A DNA stretch of 56,965 bases, taken from a virus. Taxonomy: Duplodnaviria; Caudoviricetes. Within the stretch, counting starts at the first letter, position 1. Each line of letters begins with the position of its first letter. Both the position numbers and the translations under genes were made by a program. Shown here piece after piece: positions 1-7,927 of the stretch. The stretch is from positions 1-56,965 of IMG/VR virus record IMGVR_UViG_3300015200_000003; one strand, 5' to 3'. Under the pieces are notes generated by a model. That model saw only the letters and a program-made list of their open reading frames with translations. It made no database searches and was not told where the DNA came from.

Positions 1-1194
1 ATCCCAGGCCATGCCGACGGACCAGGCCGCTTCGTCCCATGCCTCACCCGTTCCTCCCGACATGCCATTCGCAGCCATCCCAGACCAAACCGCGCCGACA
101 GACCCCGCCAGCCCCCTCTCGCCCCATCCGCCCCACACCGACACTCCTCCCCAGACTGGTCCGCTCAGATCCACTCCTGTCCTGCCCATACCGACCGTCC
201 GCTCCACCTCCGACCGCGCCGGAACGACGAGCCAAATCGCCCCACCACGAGCCGCGCTGACAAGCCGGACATCACCTGGCCACCCCGCAACGCACCAGAC
301 CGACAGCCCAAGCCGCAGCGCCTCAAGCCTCACCGCGCCGACGGGCCGTCCCGGACCTGGTCGATCCAGTTCGCACCGACTATCCCGCCCGACCTCACCC
401 TTGCCGGGCCAGCCCACACCGACGCTCCACTCCACCCCCTCCCGCGCCGGGCCAACGGTCCACACCCACCCCAGGCGGCCCTGCCCACGTCACACCGACA
501 TCCCGCCGCGTCCCCTCCCCCGCCGATCCGAGCCGACCAGCCAGGACATGCCCCGCCTCGCCACCCCAGGCCCAGCCCCGATGACAACCCTCCCCATCCC
601 GCGCCCGGCCCAGCCCTTCCGGACCGCACCGACGGTCCTCACAAGCCCGTCCCGCGCCAACCCTGGCCAAGCCGACACCCCGTTCTTGGCCTGGTCGTAC
701 CGGTCCCGCCCGCACCGACTACCCAGACCGCGCCGGGCCAACCCCACCCGGGCCGACAAAACAAACCAGACCGAACCACACCGTGCCGCCACGACGAGCC
801 GCGCCAGGCCCCTACGGCTCATACCGCACCAGGCCGACACCCCCATCCTCGCCCGGCCTCGTCTCCCCGAGCCGCACCAGTTCGACAGGCCAAACCCAGA
901 CGGCCCACTGCCTGCCAGCCCGAACCAGGCCGACGAGCCGAACCTTGTCTCCCCTTCCCAGCCCAGGCCGACCGTCCACCCCCAGCCCGGCCCGTCCAGC
1001 CGACATCCCTCGCCTCGCCTGGTCATACCCGACCAGCCTGACAAACCAGCCCGTCTCCCAACAATTCATGCCAGCCTGACGGTCCTTGCCGTCCCTGACC
1101 ATTCCGCCCCAGCCTGACGGACCTAGCCGCTCCTGGCCGGGCCACCCCAGGCCAGCCTGACCGCCCTAGCCCGCCCCGGCCAAGCCCGTGTGAC
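1..1194. repeat. Array of (NNNCC)n-GAC units, read as GTC-(GGNNN)n on the minus strand; putative non-coding guide-RNA array; left end truncated
   Basis: Parsed by hand into 29 complete units: 19-61, 62-99, 100-142, 143-195, 196-228, 229-261, 262-304, 305-342, 343-380, 381-423, 424-456, 457-499, 500-537, 538-585, 586-633, 634-676, 677-719, 720-757, 758-795, 796-838, 839-886, 887-934, 935-972, 973-1004, 1005-1042, 1043-1080, 1081-1118, 1119-1161, 1162-1194. Lengths are 33/38/43/48/53 nt, with one 32. Example 62-99: atgcc attcg cagcc atccc agacc aaacc gcgcc gac. Confidence is for the repeat; its function is inferred. Confidence 0.92.
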
Positions 1195-1241
1195 ATCCCT
1201 GACCCGCCCACCCGGAACCTGACCCCTCTGAGGAGCGACCG

Positions 1242-1799
1242 ATGCCCGAACAGCCCTACATCTTTACCCTGACCCGCGAGGCCGCCGCCGTGATGGACGC
1301 CCTGGCGAAGGAGCGCGGCGACAACTGGCGCAAGCGCAAGGTCGCTAGCCACAAGATCGATGTCGCCCGCACTGACTACGAGATCGATAGGATTGGGGCC
1401 TATGGCGAGTATGGCGTCTGCGCTATGCTGGGGATCCCGTTCAACTGGCGCACCGACCGCGCGGATAACGGCGTCGATGGCGTCCTCTGGGGCAAGACGA
1501 TCCAGATCAAAACCACCGAGCCACCCAAGAGCCTGATGGTGTTTCAGCACGACGACCACTTCCAGACCGACGTGGCGATCCTGGCGCTGGTCATGCTGGA
1601 GACCCGCACGGTGCGGATCGCCGGCTGGATCGGGCGCAAGGACTACCCGAAGGTCCGCAAGCTGGGCGCGCTCGCGGCGGACAAGGTGGAGCGCCCGTTC
1701 GTCCCGACGGAGAAGCTGCGTCCGATCAGTACCCTGTTCCCGATCCTGCATCCTGCGGACGTGGAGGCGTTGGAGGATCCGTTGGAGTTGATCCCGTGA
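1242..1799 (+). CDS. Hypothetical phage protein, possible PD-(D/E)XK nuclease fold
   Basis: RBS AGGAG at 1231-1235; motif GAYGE...NGVDG...IQIKT matches the E...D...(D/E/Q)xK pattern; GC3-rich codons. Confidence 0.6.
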   Translation: MPEQPYIFTLTREAAAVMDALAKERGDNWRKRKVASHKIDVARTDYEIDRIGAYGEYGVCAMLGIPFNWRTDRADNGVDGVLWGKTIQIKTTEPPKSLMVFQHDDHFQTDVAILALVMLETRTVRIAGWIGRKDYPKVRKLGALAADKVERPFVPTEKLRPISTLFPILHPADVEALEDPLELIP

Positions 1800-2284
1800 C
1801 GGAACCGAAGAAGCCGATCAGCTTCACCGCCCATCTCGAAGCGGATCTGTGGGAGGAGCGGGCCGACGCCCGACGGCTGGCCCGCGAGCGGGAGGTCGAG
1901 CAGCGCGAGCGGGTGCAGAAGGCGCTGCGAGCCGACGAGGATGCCAGGAAGCGGGCCTGGATCGAAGCCGGCCATGAAACCCGTCAGCCGCCCGAGTACC
2001 GTGGGCGGGTGTTCGATCACGCGGATCGGGACGGCGTCCACCCAACCGCTTTTCCACCTTTAAGGAATAGTCCCCAGGACAGCCTGAGCGACGAGTTCAT
2101 CGCCTTTCAGGCGTACAACCAGACGACGTTTGCCAGCCACCCCCGGTACTATTGTGTGCGGTGTCAGGCGCGGTACAACGCCAGGGATGGCGGGCTGTGC
2201 GGTCCCTGTATCGCCGCCACCGACGAGGTGGGCCAGATGCGCAAGCGTTTCAGCCGTGAGGTCCAGACGGAGTACCCGCTGTGA
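1796..2284 (+). CDS. Hypothetical protein with a C-terminal CxxC...CxxC zinc finger
   Basis: GTGA overlap with the upstream gene; CVRC...CGPC. Confidence 0.65.
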   Translation: MTEPKKPISFTAHLEADLWEERADARRLAREREVEQRERVQKALRADEDARKRAWIEAGHETRQPPEYRGRVFDHADRDGVHPTAFPPLRNSPQDSLSDEFIAFQAYNQTTFASHPRYYCVRCQARYNARDGGLCGPCIAATDEVGQMRKRFSREVQTEYPL

Positions 2285-3237
2285 AGAGGCCGTCCCCCGA
2301 GGAGCAGCTGGCCGCCGCCAAGGCCCGAGCGGAAGCGGCGGCCACGGCCGAGGCCGCCGCCAGGGCCAAGACACAGGCCGAGATGCTGGATGTGGCCCGC
2401 TGGTCGCGCTGGCAGGATGAGGCGCGCCAGTCTGACCCGCGTGCGCCGTGGATCATCCAGCCGCTTGCGGAGCCGCTGGTGGCTGCCCCGCTGACGGAAG
2501 GGACGCCGCCGTCGGAGTTGGGGATCGTCACCCAGTCGTTGCAGAAGATGAAGCGCGACCTCGAATTCCGTCAGCCGCGACTCCCAGAGGAGTCGTTCGA
2601 GTTCGTGCCAGCCGTGGCCAACACCCCCACCCGCGAGGAGGCGCGGCTGGCGCTGGGGCGGGCGCTGGAGAACGCGGTCACCTCCGGCCTGCTGTCCGAG
2701 GAGCGCGCCCTGGCCATGATCGCGGTCGGGCAGATCAACAACACCCCGTTGACGACGGCGGAGGCGCGCACGCACCTGCGCGCGGCGGTCTCCCAGGCGG
2801 TCGCCGCCGGCGGCTTGCTGATCGCCACGGCGCGCACGATCATGGACTTGCTGGAGGACGCAGTCCCGATCAACGAGGATCCCCCATTGCTGGAGCGGAT
2901 TGCCCTGCTGGAGGATCAGGTCTACCAGGCGCTGCTGATCCGCCCCTGCCACAAGATTGAACACGCCGGGCTGCATCGCTTCCAGGTCATGCCCTGCGCC
3001 ACCCAGTTCTCCTGGCTGGGGCAAGCCCTCTTGAGCGGCCGTGGCCTTGGGCTGCCCCCGAACGGTCTGCCCCGCATGGCCCATCTGCGTGAGGATGGGA
3101 CGCGCGAGGCGTGCTGTGATGATGAGCGGATCGACACCTGGCTGCGCTACGGCCAGACACAGGAGCCACCAGACCGCTATGATGGACGCGGCGAGGAGGA
3201 CGGCCCCGATGCGTCTGACGGTGACGATACGCGTTGA
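2281..3237 (+). CDS. Hypothetical protein
   Basis: GTGA-coupled 318-aa ORF with typical codon bias. Confidence 0.65.
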   Translation: MKRPSPEEQLAAAKARAEAAATAEAAARAKTQAEMLDVARWSRWQDEARQSDPRAPWIIQPLAEPLVAAPLTEGTPPSELGIVTQSLQKMKRDLEFRQPRLPEESFEFVPAVANTPTREEARLALGRALENAVTSGLLSEERALAMIAVGQINNTPLTTAEARTHLRAAVSQAVAAGGLLIATARTIMDLLEDAVPINEDPPLLERIALLEDQVYQALLIRPCHKIEHAGLHRFQVMPCATQFSWLGQALLSGRGLGLPPNGLPRMAHLREDGTREACCDDERIDTWLRYGQTQEPPDRYDGRGEEDGPDASDGDDTR

Positions 3238-3448
3238 GCATGACACCCTGGACGTGTCCACCCTGCTGTTCGCGCTCCCGCTGGCCCTGGACTCGGTCTC
3301 GACCGCCACCTCGGCGGGGGTCGCGGAGACCGGGCCGAACGGCATGGATGTCCAACCCCCTGGCGTCCCGGCCATCGTCAAGGTCCACTTTCGGCTCGAC
3401 ACCAGCGAGACGGTGCGGCGACTCCCGACAGCGGACGGTCCCCGCTGA
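3209..3448 (+). CDS. Hypothetical protein (79 aa, MRLTVTIRVE...)
   Basis: RBS GAGGAGG at about 3193-3199 before ATG 3209; TGATG-coupled to the next gene. Confidence 0.55.
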   Translation: MRLTVTIRVEHDTLDVSTLLFALPLALDSVSTATSAGVAETGPNGMDVQPPGVPAIVKVHFRLDTSETVRRLPTADGPR

Positions 3449-3783
3449 TGCGGTTGGTGAACCTGGCGACGGCGGATCTGGCGGTCGCGGGGCGCAACGG
3501 ACTGCCGCAGCCGGTCGAGGACGGCTTTCACGGGGTGGCCATCCACTGGGTGGCCGAATCACTGCCACGAGCGGGCCGTCGGCGCAAGCTGGCCCCGACC
3601 GTGCCGGTCCCGACCTGGATGCTCCAGCGGGTCCGGTTCGGGGCGCTGAACCTGAACCGCTCCGAGGAACCCCCCGCTGACGCGGTGACGGCCCAACGGA
3701 TGGTCCGTCACGCCTACGCCCTGGCCGCCTCGCAACACCCGATCCCCTCGGACACGCTGGTCTTCTTTGAAGTCTGCCCGTGA
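3448..3783 (+). CDS. Hypothetical protein
   Basis: Translationally coupled on both sides. Confidence 0.6.
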   Translation: MRLVNLATADLAVAGRNGLPQPVEDGFHGVAIHWVAESLPRAGRRRKLAPTVPVPTWMLQRVRFGALNLNRSEEPPADAVTAQRMVRHAYALAASQHPIPSDTLVFFEVCP

Positions 3784-4406
3784 CCATCATGGCCCTGGAC
3801 CTCAGTCTCACCGCCACCGGCCTCTTCCACGGCGACCCGACCGATCCCAAGGCTCCCTGCTCGCGGCTGGAGATCAGCACCCCGTCACGGCGGACGGGGG
3901 AATCCGACATCAGCTGGAACGCCCGTCGGTACAACCTGTTCTCGGGGACGCTCATCACCCACTTGCAAGAGCAGCGGCCGGATCTGCTGGTGATCGAGAT
4001 CACCACGCACGCCCACCAGGTGGTGACCCGCAACGGCAAGCGGGAGCCGACGACCCGTGGCCACGAGTTTCGGGCCGGACTGGGGCTGGGCCGCGCGATG
4101 GGCTGGATCGACGGGGTGCTGGTGCTGGCGCAGGCGTACGGGTGTCTGCCCGCGACGGTCGAGACGCTGGAGGCCAAGACGGTCAAGCTGCGGGTGGCCG
4201 GCAGCGAGTCGGCCTCCAAGGTCGCCGTGGCGGACTACCTGCGCCAGATCTTCGGCTGGGACACGACCGGCTGGAAGGAAAGCCAGATCGACGCCCTGGC
4301 GCTCGGGGTGGCCTGGTGCCGCGAGGTGGAGTACGCCGCCAAAGCAGCGAAACTCCAGGCGTTGGGCGGCTGGGCTGGCGGCCCACGGACACCCCGCGCT
4401 GGCTGA
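3780..4406 (+). CDS. ruvC: RuvC-like Holliday junction resolvase
   Basis: N-terminal IMALDLSLTATG, central LLVIE, ASK, and C-terminal ESQIDALA: the RuvC/RNase H acidic catalytic pattern. Confidence 0.85.
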   Translation: MTIMALDLSLTATGLFHGDPTDPKAPCSRLEISTPSRRTGESDISWNARRYNLFSGTLITHLQEQRPDLLVIEITTHAHQVVTRNGKREPTTRGHEFRAGLGLGRAMGWIDGVLVLAQAYGCLPATVETLEAKTVKLRVAGSESASKVAVADYLRQIFGWDTTGWKESQIDALALGVAWCREVEYAAKAAKLQALGGWAGGPRTPRAG

Positions 4407-4411
4407 TCTGA

Positions 4412-4420
4412 TGGTATGCT
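4412..4420 (+). promoter_or_regulatory. Candidate extended -10 promoter (TGG-TATGCT)
   Basis: Intergenic TGn-TAnnnT upstream of the AGGAGG RBS at 4437-4442. Confidence 0.4.
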
Positions 4421-4447
4421 GGCCGGAGTCTCGCGCAGGAGGGTCCG

Positions 4448-4504
4448 ATGAAGACGTGCAAATCGTGCGGGAAGCAGCACTCCGGCAAGTGTCCGAAGAA
4501 GTAG
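4448..4504 (+). CDS. 18-aa Cys/His micropeptide MKTCKSCGKQHSGKCPKK
   Basis: Perfect AGGAGG RBS 5 nt upstream; CxxC-x3-H-x3-C pattern; too short for the ORF track. Confidence 0.55.
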   Translation: MKTCKSCGKQHSGKCPKK

Positions 4505-4510
4505 GCCGCC

Positions 4511-4642
4511 ATGCCAATGAAGTCGAAGGCGCAACGCGGCTACCTGTGGGCCAACGATCCAAAGGTAGCCCGACGCTTCGAGCGGCACACCCGGAAGGGC
4601 GCGAAATTGCCCCGTAGGGTCAAGAAGAAGGGGCGTCGGTAG
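4511..4642 (+). CDS. 43-aa basic phage protein (MPMKSKAQRGYLWANDPKVARRF...)
   Basis: Resembles the recurrent small phage 'MPFKSKAQRR' proteins (from recollection); stop overlaps the next GTG. Confidence 0.7.
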   Translation: MPMKSKAQRGYLWANDPKVARRFERHTRKGAKLPRRVKKKGRR

Positions 4643-5199
4643 TGCAAGCACTGGCCTATGAGTTCCAGCCGTCTCCGCCCCCACCCACGGAGCCGCGACC
4701 TCCGCAGCAACGCTGGTACGGAGGGCGGCTCTGGGTTGGGCCATTCTTAGTACCAGACCACCCGTTCCTGCTGCATCCCCCCTGCCCCTGCTGTGGCGGC
4801 CCCGTCTACCACGACACCGGCGACTTCCGCTGCCTGCACTGTGGCCGCGACATGGTGATTCTCCAGATCTCTCCCGCTGGACGGGTGGTCGCCCTGGTTC
4901 CCCGCGACGGGGGCGTCCCGGCGCTGACCAGGATTGCGCCCAAGCAGGCGCGAGAAACCTATCGTGCGCTGTCCCGCGCTGACGGGACCAACGGGCTACA
5001 GGCCCGCGTGCTGCGCCTCCTCCCCCAGGGCGAATCCTACGCCGTGGTCGAGACCCTGGCGACCACGCTGTCGGTGCGACGGTCACAGGTGCGGGTAGCG
5101 TTGGAGCAGCTGGAGGCGCAGGGATTGGTCTGTCGCCATGTTTACGCCGCCGGCTACCGTACGGGCTGGCGACGGCTTGCACGGGAGGACCGTTCGTGA
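4642..5199 (+). CDS. Zn-ribbon plus C-terminal winged-HTH protein, possible transcription regulator
   Basis: CPCC...CLHC; VETLATTLSVRRSQVRVALEQLEAQGLV is wHTH-like. Confidence 0.65.
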   Translation: MQALAYEFQPSPPPPTEPRPPQQRWYGGRLWVGPFLVPDHPFLLHPPCPCCGGPVYHDTGDFRCLHCGRDMVILQISPAGRVVALVPRDGGVPALTRIAPKQARETYRALSRADGTNGLQARVLRLLPQGESYAVVETLATTLSVRRSQVRVALEQLEAQGLVCRHVYAAGYRTGWRRLAREDRS

Positions 5200-5645
5200 G
5201 CCTCAACGCCAGCGCCTTCGACTACGCCATGAGTTGCCTGGATGACGACGCGCCGCCCTACTTCGTCCTGCTGCCCGAGACGAACCTGGGATCGGTGTAC
5301 CGTGGCGACACGATCATCCTGCCGATCTGGGAAGCCCGCGACCAGCGCGGGGTGTTGATCCCGCTGGAGAGCGCCACGGTCTGGTTTACCGCCAAAGTGG
5401 ACCTGTCCGACGCCGACACGGACCCGCCGACGATCCAGCGTTCGACCGGGGTGGGTGGGGCTATCGTGGTGGACGCCGCGCTGGGCCTGTATCAGATCAC
5501 CATCAACCCGTCCGCGACCCAGAACCTGGAAGGCAACACCACCTTCATCTTCGACGTGCAGGTGCGGACACTCACCCCGATCACGGCGACCGTCAAGCGC
5601 GGGATCCTGACCGTCGTGGAAGACGTGACTCGCACCTCCGCCTAG
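5196..5645 (+). CDS. BppU-N-like (baseplate upper/Ig-like) structural protein
   Basis: YRGDT...WFTAK...YQITI.P..T..L...FDVQV...RG.L.V..DVT; paralogous to the C-terminus of 7928-10075. Confidence 0.65.
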   Translation: MSLNASAFDYAMSCLDDDAPPYFVLLPETNLGSVYRGDTIILPIWEARDQRGVLIPLESATVWFTAKVDLSDADTDPPTIQRSTGVGGAIVVDAALGLYQITINPSATQNLEGNTTFIFDVQVRTLTPITATVKRGILTVVEDVTRTSA

Positions 5646-5707
5646 CGTGTGGCGGTAGTCTGTCAGCGCCGCTCTGTGGCACGGTCGAGTCAGACCATCC
5701 CACAGGG
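5646..5707 (+). promoter_or_regulatory. Conserved intergenic element copy 1 (candidate -10 TAGTCT plus leader hairpin)
   Basis: 23 nt identical to 10105-10127; stems CTGTGG/CCACAG and GGTC/GACC. Confidence 0.6.
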
Positions 5708-5714
5708 GGGCGTT

Positions 5715-6329
5715 GTGCGACTTTCCGTTGCCGCCAAGAACACGATGCTGGAGGCCCTGGACGAGTCCCAGGCCGCTGGCATGAAGTTTGGATCACTGCA
5801 TAGCGCCTACTCCGCGACCGGGACCAACGAACTGACCGGAGGGTCGCCCGCGTACGCGCGCAAGGCCGCCACCTGGTCGGCCGCCGCCGCTGGAGCCAAG
5901 GCGACTTCCGCCTCGATGGCGTTCGACGTGGCGGGGGGATCCACCGTTCGCTTCGTCGGCTTCTGGGACGCCGTCACGGCCGGCAACTTCCTGGGGATGA
6001 GTCCGAACGGCGGCGGCATTCCGCAGGCGTTCGTCGTCCCGGACGCCTCGGCCGACATCCTGGAGTGTGTCGCCCACGGCTTCGCCAACGGCGACACCGT
6101 CACCGTCTGGGCCGTGCCGGGTGACCCGATCCCGACCGGCCTGGTCGAAGGCACCGTCTACTTCGTGATCAACGCCACGACCGACGATCTACAACTCTCG
6201 GCCACCTCCGGCGGCGCGTCGGTCGCGATCACGGCGATTGGGGCTGGGACGTTGCAGAAACTGGTGACCGAGGTGTTCGGCGCGCAGGGGACGCACACCA
6301 TCACCGGCGTCACGATGAGCCTGGACTAG
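5715..6329 (+). CDS. Virion structural/tail-fibre-associated protein
   Basis: GTG after a G-rich RBS; LHSA...GTNELTGGSPAYARK..W motif of small phage tail proteins; inserted beta domain HGFANGD...LVEGTVYFV. Confidence 0.7.
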   Translation: MRLSVAAKNTMLEALDESQAAGMKFGSLHSAYSATGTNELTGGSPAYARKAATWSAAAAGAKATSASMAFDVAGGSTVRFVGFWDAVTAGNFLGMSPNGGGIPQAFVVPDASADILECVAHGFANGDTVTVWAVPGDPIPTGLVEGTVYFVINATTDDLQLSATSGGASVAITAIGAGTLQKLVTEVFGAQGTHTITGVTMSLD

Positions 6330-6338
6330 GGAGGTCTC

Positions 6339-6776
6339 GTGGCGATCACCGCCAGGCTGTACGGACAGGTCTTCCTCAAAGCCTTTAACAAGGAAATCGA
6401 TATTCTGGACGACGCTATCGCTTGCACCCTGCACACCTCGGGCTACACGCCCGACCAGGACACCCACATCTACGTGTCGTCCCTGAACAGCGAGGTCGCC
6501 GCTGGCGGCGGGTACACCACGGGCGGCCAGAACCTGGCCAACGACACCCTGACCTACACGGCGGGGACCAACACCATCATGTACGACGCCGACGACGTGG
6601 TCTGGTCGGGCAGCATCACGGCGCGGACGGCCGTGCTGTCGGATCGGACGCCAGGCACCGCCGCGACCCAGCCGCTGCTCGTCTACCAGCAGTCGGACGT
6701 GGACATTGTCTCCAACAACGGCGAGTACCGCGTGGCCTGGGCCGCCGCAGGCGTTTTCACTATCGCGGTGGGATGA
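6339..6776 (+). CDS. Minor tail/structural protein
   Basis: RBS GGAGG; LHTSGYTPDQDTH...EV..GGGYTTGG.L motif seen in phage tail modules. Confidence 0.7.
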   Translation: MAITARLYGQVFLKAFNKEIDILDDAIACTLHTSGYTPDQDTHIYVSSLNSEVAAGGGYTTGGQNLANDTLTYTAGTNTIMYDADDVVWSGSITARTAVLSDRTPGTAATQPLLVYQQSDVDIVSNNGEYRVAWAAAGVFTIAVG

Positions 6777-6780
6777 ACGG

Positions 6781-7083
6781 ATGCCAGACGAGAACCGCGC
6801 CGCCCTCACCGATCTGCGGAAGCTGCTCAAGCAGCCCGGCCATCTCAAGATCATCACCAACGAGGTCCGCCCGTCGCTGCGGGTCGCGCAGAAAGATCCC
6901 CGCAGCCCAGCCAAAGACGGGGTCGATCTGACCACCCCCGCCAGCTTCGTCTGCCATGACGTGGTGGACCTCGAAGGCCCAGACGACAAGGGGCGGTACC
7001 TGGCCCGATCCGCCGAGGGCGACTGGACGCTGGGCTACCCGACCGCCCTGCTGGCCCGCTTGCAGCAGTGGCAGGAGCGCTAG
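6781..7083 (+). CDS. Hypothetical protein
   Basis: ATG 4 nt after the upstream stop; fills the gap exactly. Confidence 0.6.
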   Translation: MPDENRAALTDLRKLLKQPGHLKIITNEVRPSLRVAQKDPRSPAKDGVDLTTPASFVCHDVVDLEGPDDKGRYLARSAEGDWTLGYPTALLARLQQWQER

Positions 7084-7497
7084 GTGGCGAACCTCTGGTA
7101 CCCCAAGTTCAAGGCGGCCTTGCTGAAGAACGCCGTGGGGTACGACCTGAGCAGCGCGGGGACCAACGTGCGGGTCGTCATGATCGACCTGGCCGACTAC
7201 ACCTACAACGCCGCGCATGAGTTCCTGTCGGATGTGCCGTCCGCCGCCCGCGTCAACACGATCACCGCGCTGAACGGCAAGAACGTGACGAACGGCCTGT
7301 TCACCGCCGACAACCCCGCCTTCATCGCGCCGAGCGGGGACCAGTCGGAGGCCCAGATCCTCTACATCAACAGTGGGGCGGACGCCATCAGTCGCCTGAT
7401 CCTCTTCTTCGACACGTTCAGTTCGGGTGCGCCGTACATCCCGTCCGGGATCGACTTTGCCAACCACTGGAACCCGTCGGGCATCGCGCAACTGTAG
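7084..7497 (+). CDS. Structural protein, paralog A
   Basis: MANLWYPKFK...DLADYTY..HEFLSDVP...W..SGIAQL. Confidence 0.75.
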   Translation: MANLWYPKFKAALLKNAVGYDLSSAGTNVRVVMIDLADYTYNAAHEFLSDVPSAARVNTITALNGKNVTNGLFTADNPAFIAPSGDQSEAQILYINSGADAISRLILFFDTFSSGAPYIPSGIDFANHWNPSGIAQL

Positions 7498-7506
7498 GGG
7501 GACCGC

Positions 7507-7920
7507 ATGGCCAACATCTGGTACCCCAAGTTCAAAGATGCGCTGCTGAAAAACGCGGTGGGGGTCAGCCTGGACGGCGGCGCGACCGATATTCGGGTGA
7601 TCCTGGTCGATCTGGCCGACTACACCTACGCCGCCACCCATGAATTCCTCTCAGATGTGCCGTCCGCCGCCCGTGTCAGCGTGACCGCCGCGCTCACCGG
7701 GCGCAGCGTCAGCGACACCGGCCTGTTTGATGCGGCCGACTCGGTGTTCACGGCAGCCACCGGCGATCCGTCGGAGGCGATGATCCTCTATCTCCACACC
7801 GGGACGGAGGCGACCAGTCGGCTCATGCTGTACCTCGACACCAGTCCGGGCCTGCCGATGACGCCGACCGGGGTCGATCTGACCCTGACCTGGTCGGCCT
7901 CGGGCATCGCGCAACTGTGA
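7507..7920 (+). CDS. Structural protein, paralog B (tandem duplicate)
   Basis: Same length (137 aa) and same motifs as 7084-7497. Confidence 0.75.
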   Translation: MANIWYPKFKDALLKNAVGVSLDGGATDIRVILVDLADYTYAATHEFLSDVPSAARVSVTAALTGRSVSDTGLFDAADSVFTAATGDPSEAMILYLHTGTEATSRLMLYLDTSPGLPMTPTGVDLTLTWSASGIAQL

Positions 7921-7927
7921 GCGGCTG

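Noticed and set aside
11-1117. 368-aa Pro-rich ORF and overlapping ORFs across the array
   Set aside because: C-rich sequence rarely contains stops; the 5-nt period with 5n+3 units fits no reading frame; several frames on both strands are similarly open.
1-1194. Canonical CRISPR array
   Set aside because: No identical direct repeat of 23 nt or more; only a 3-6 nt junction is conserved; no cas genes in the window.
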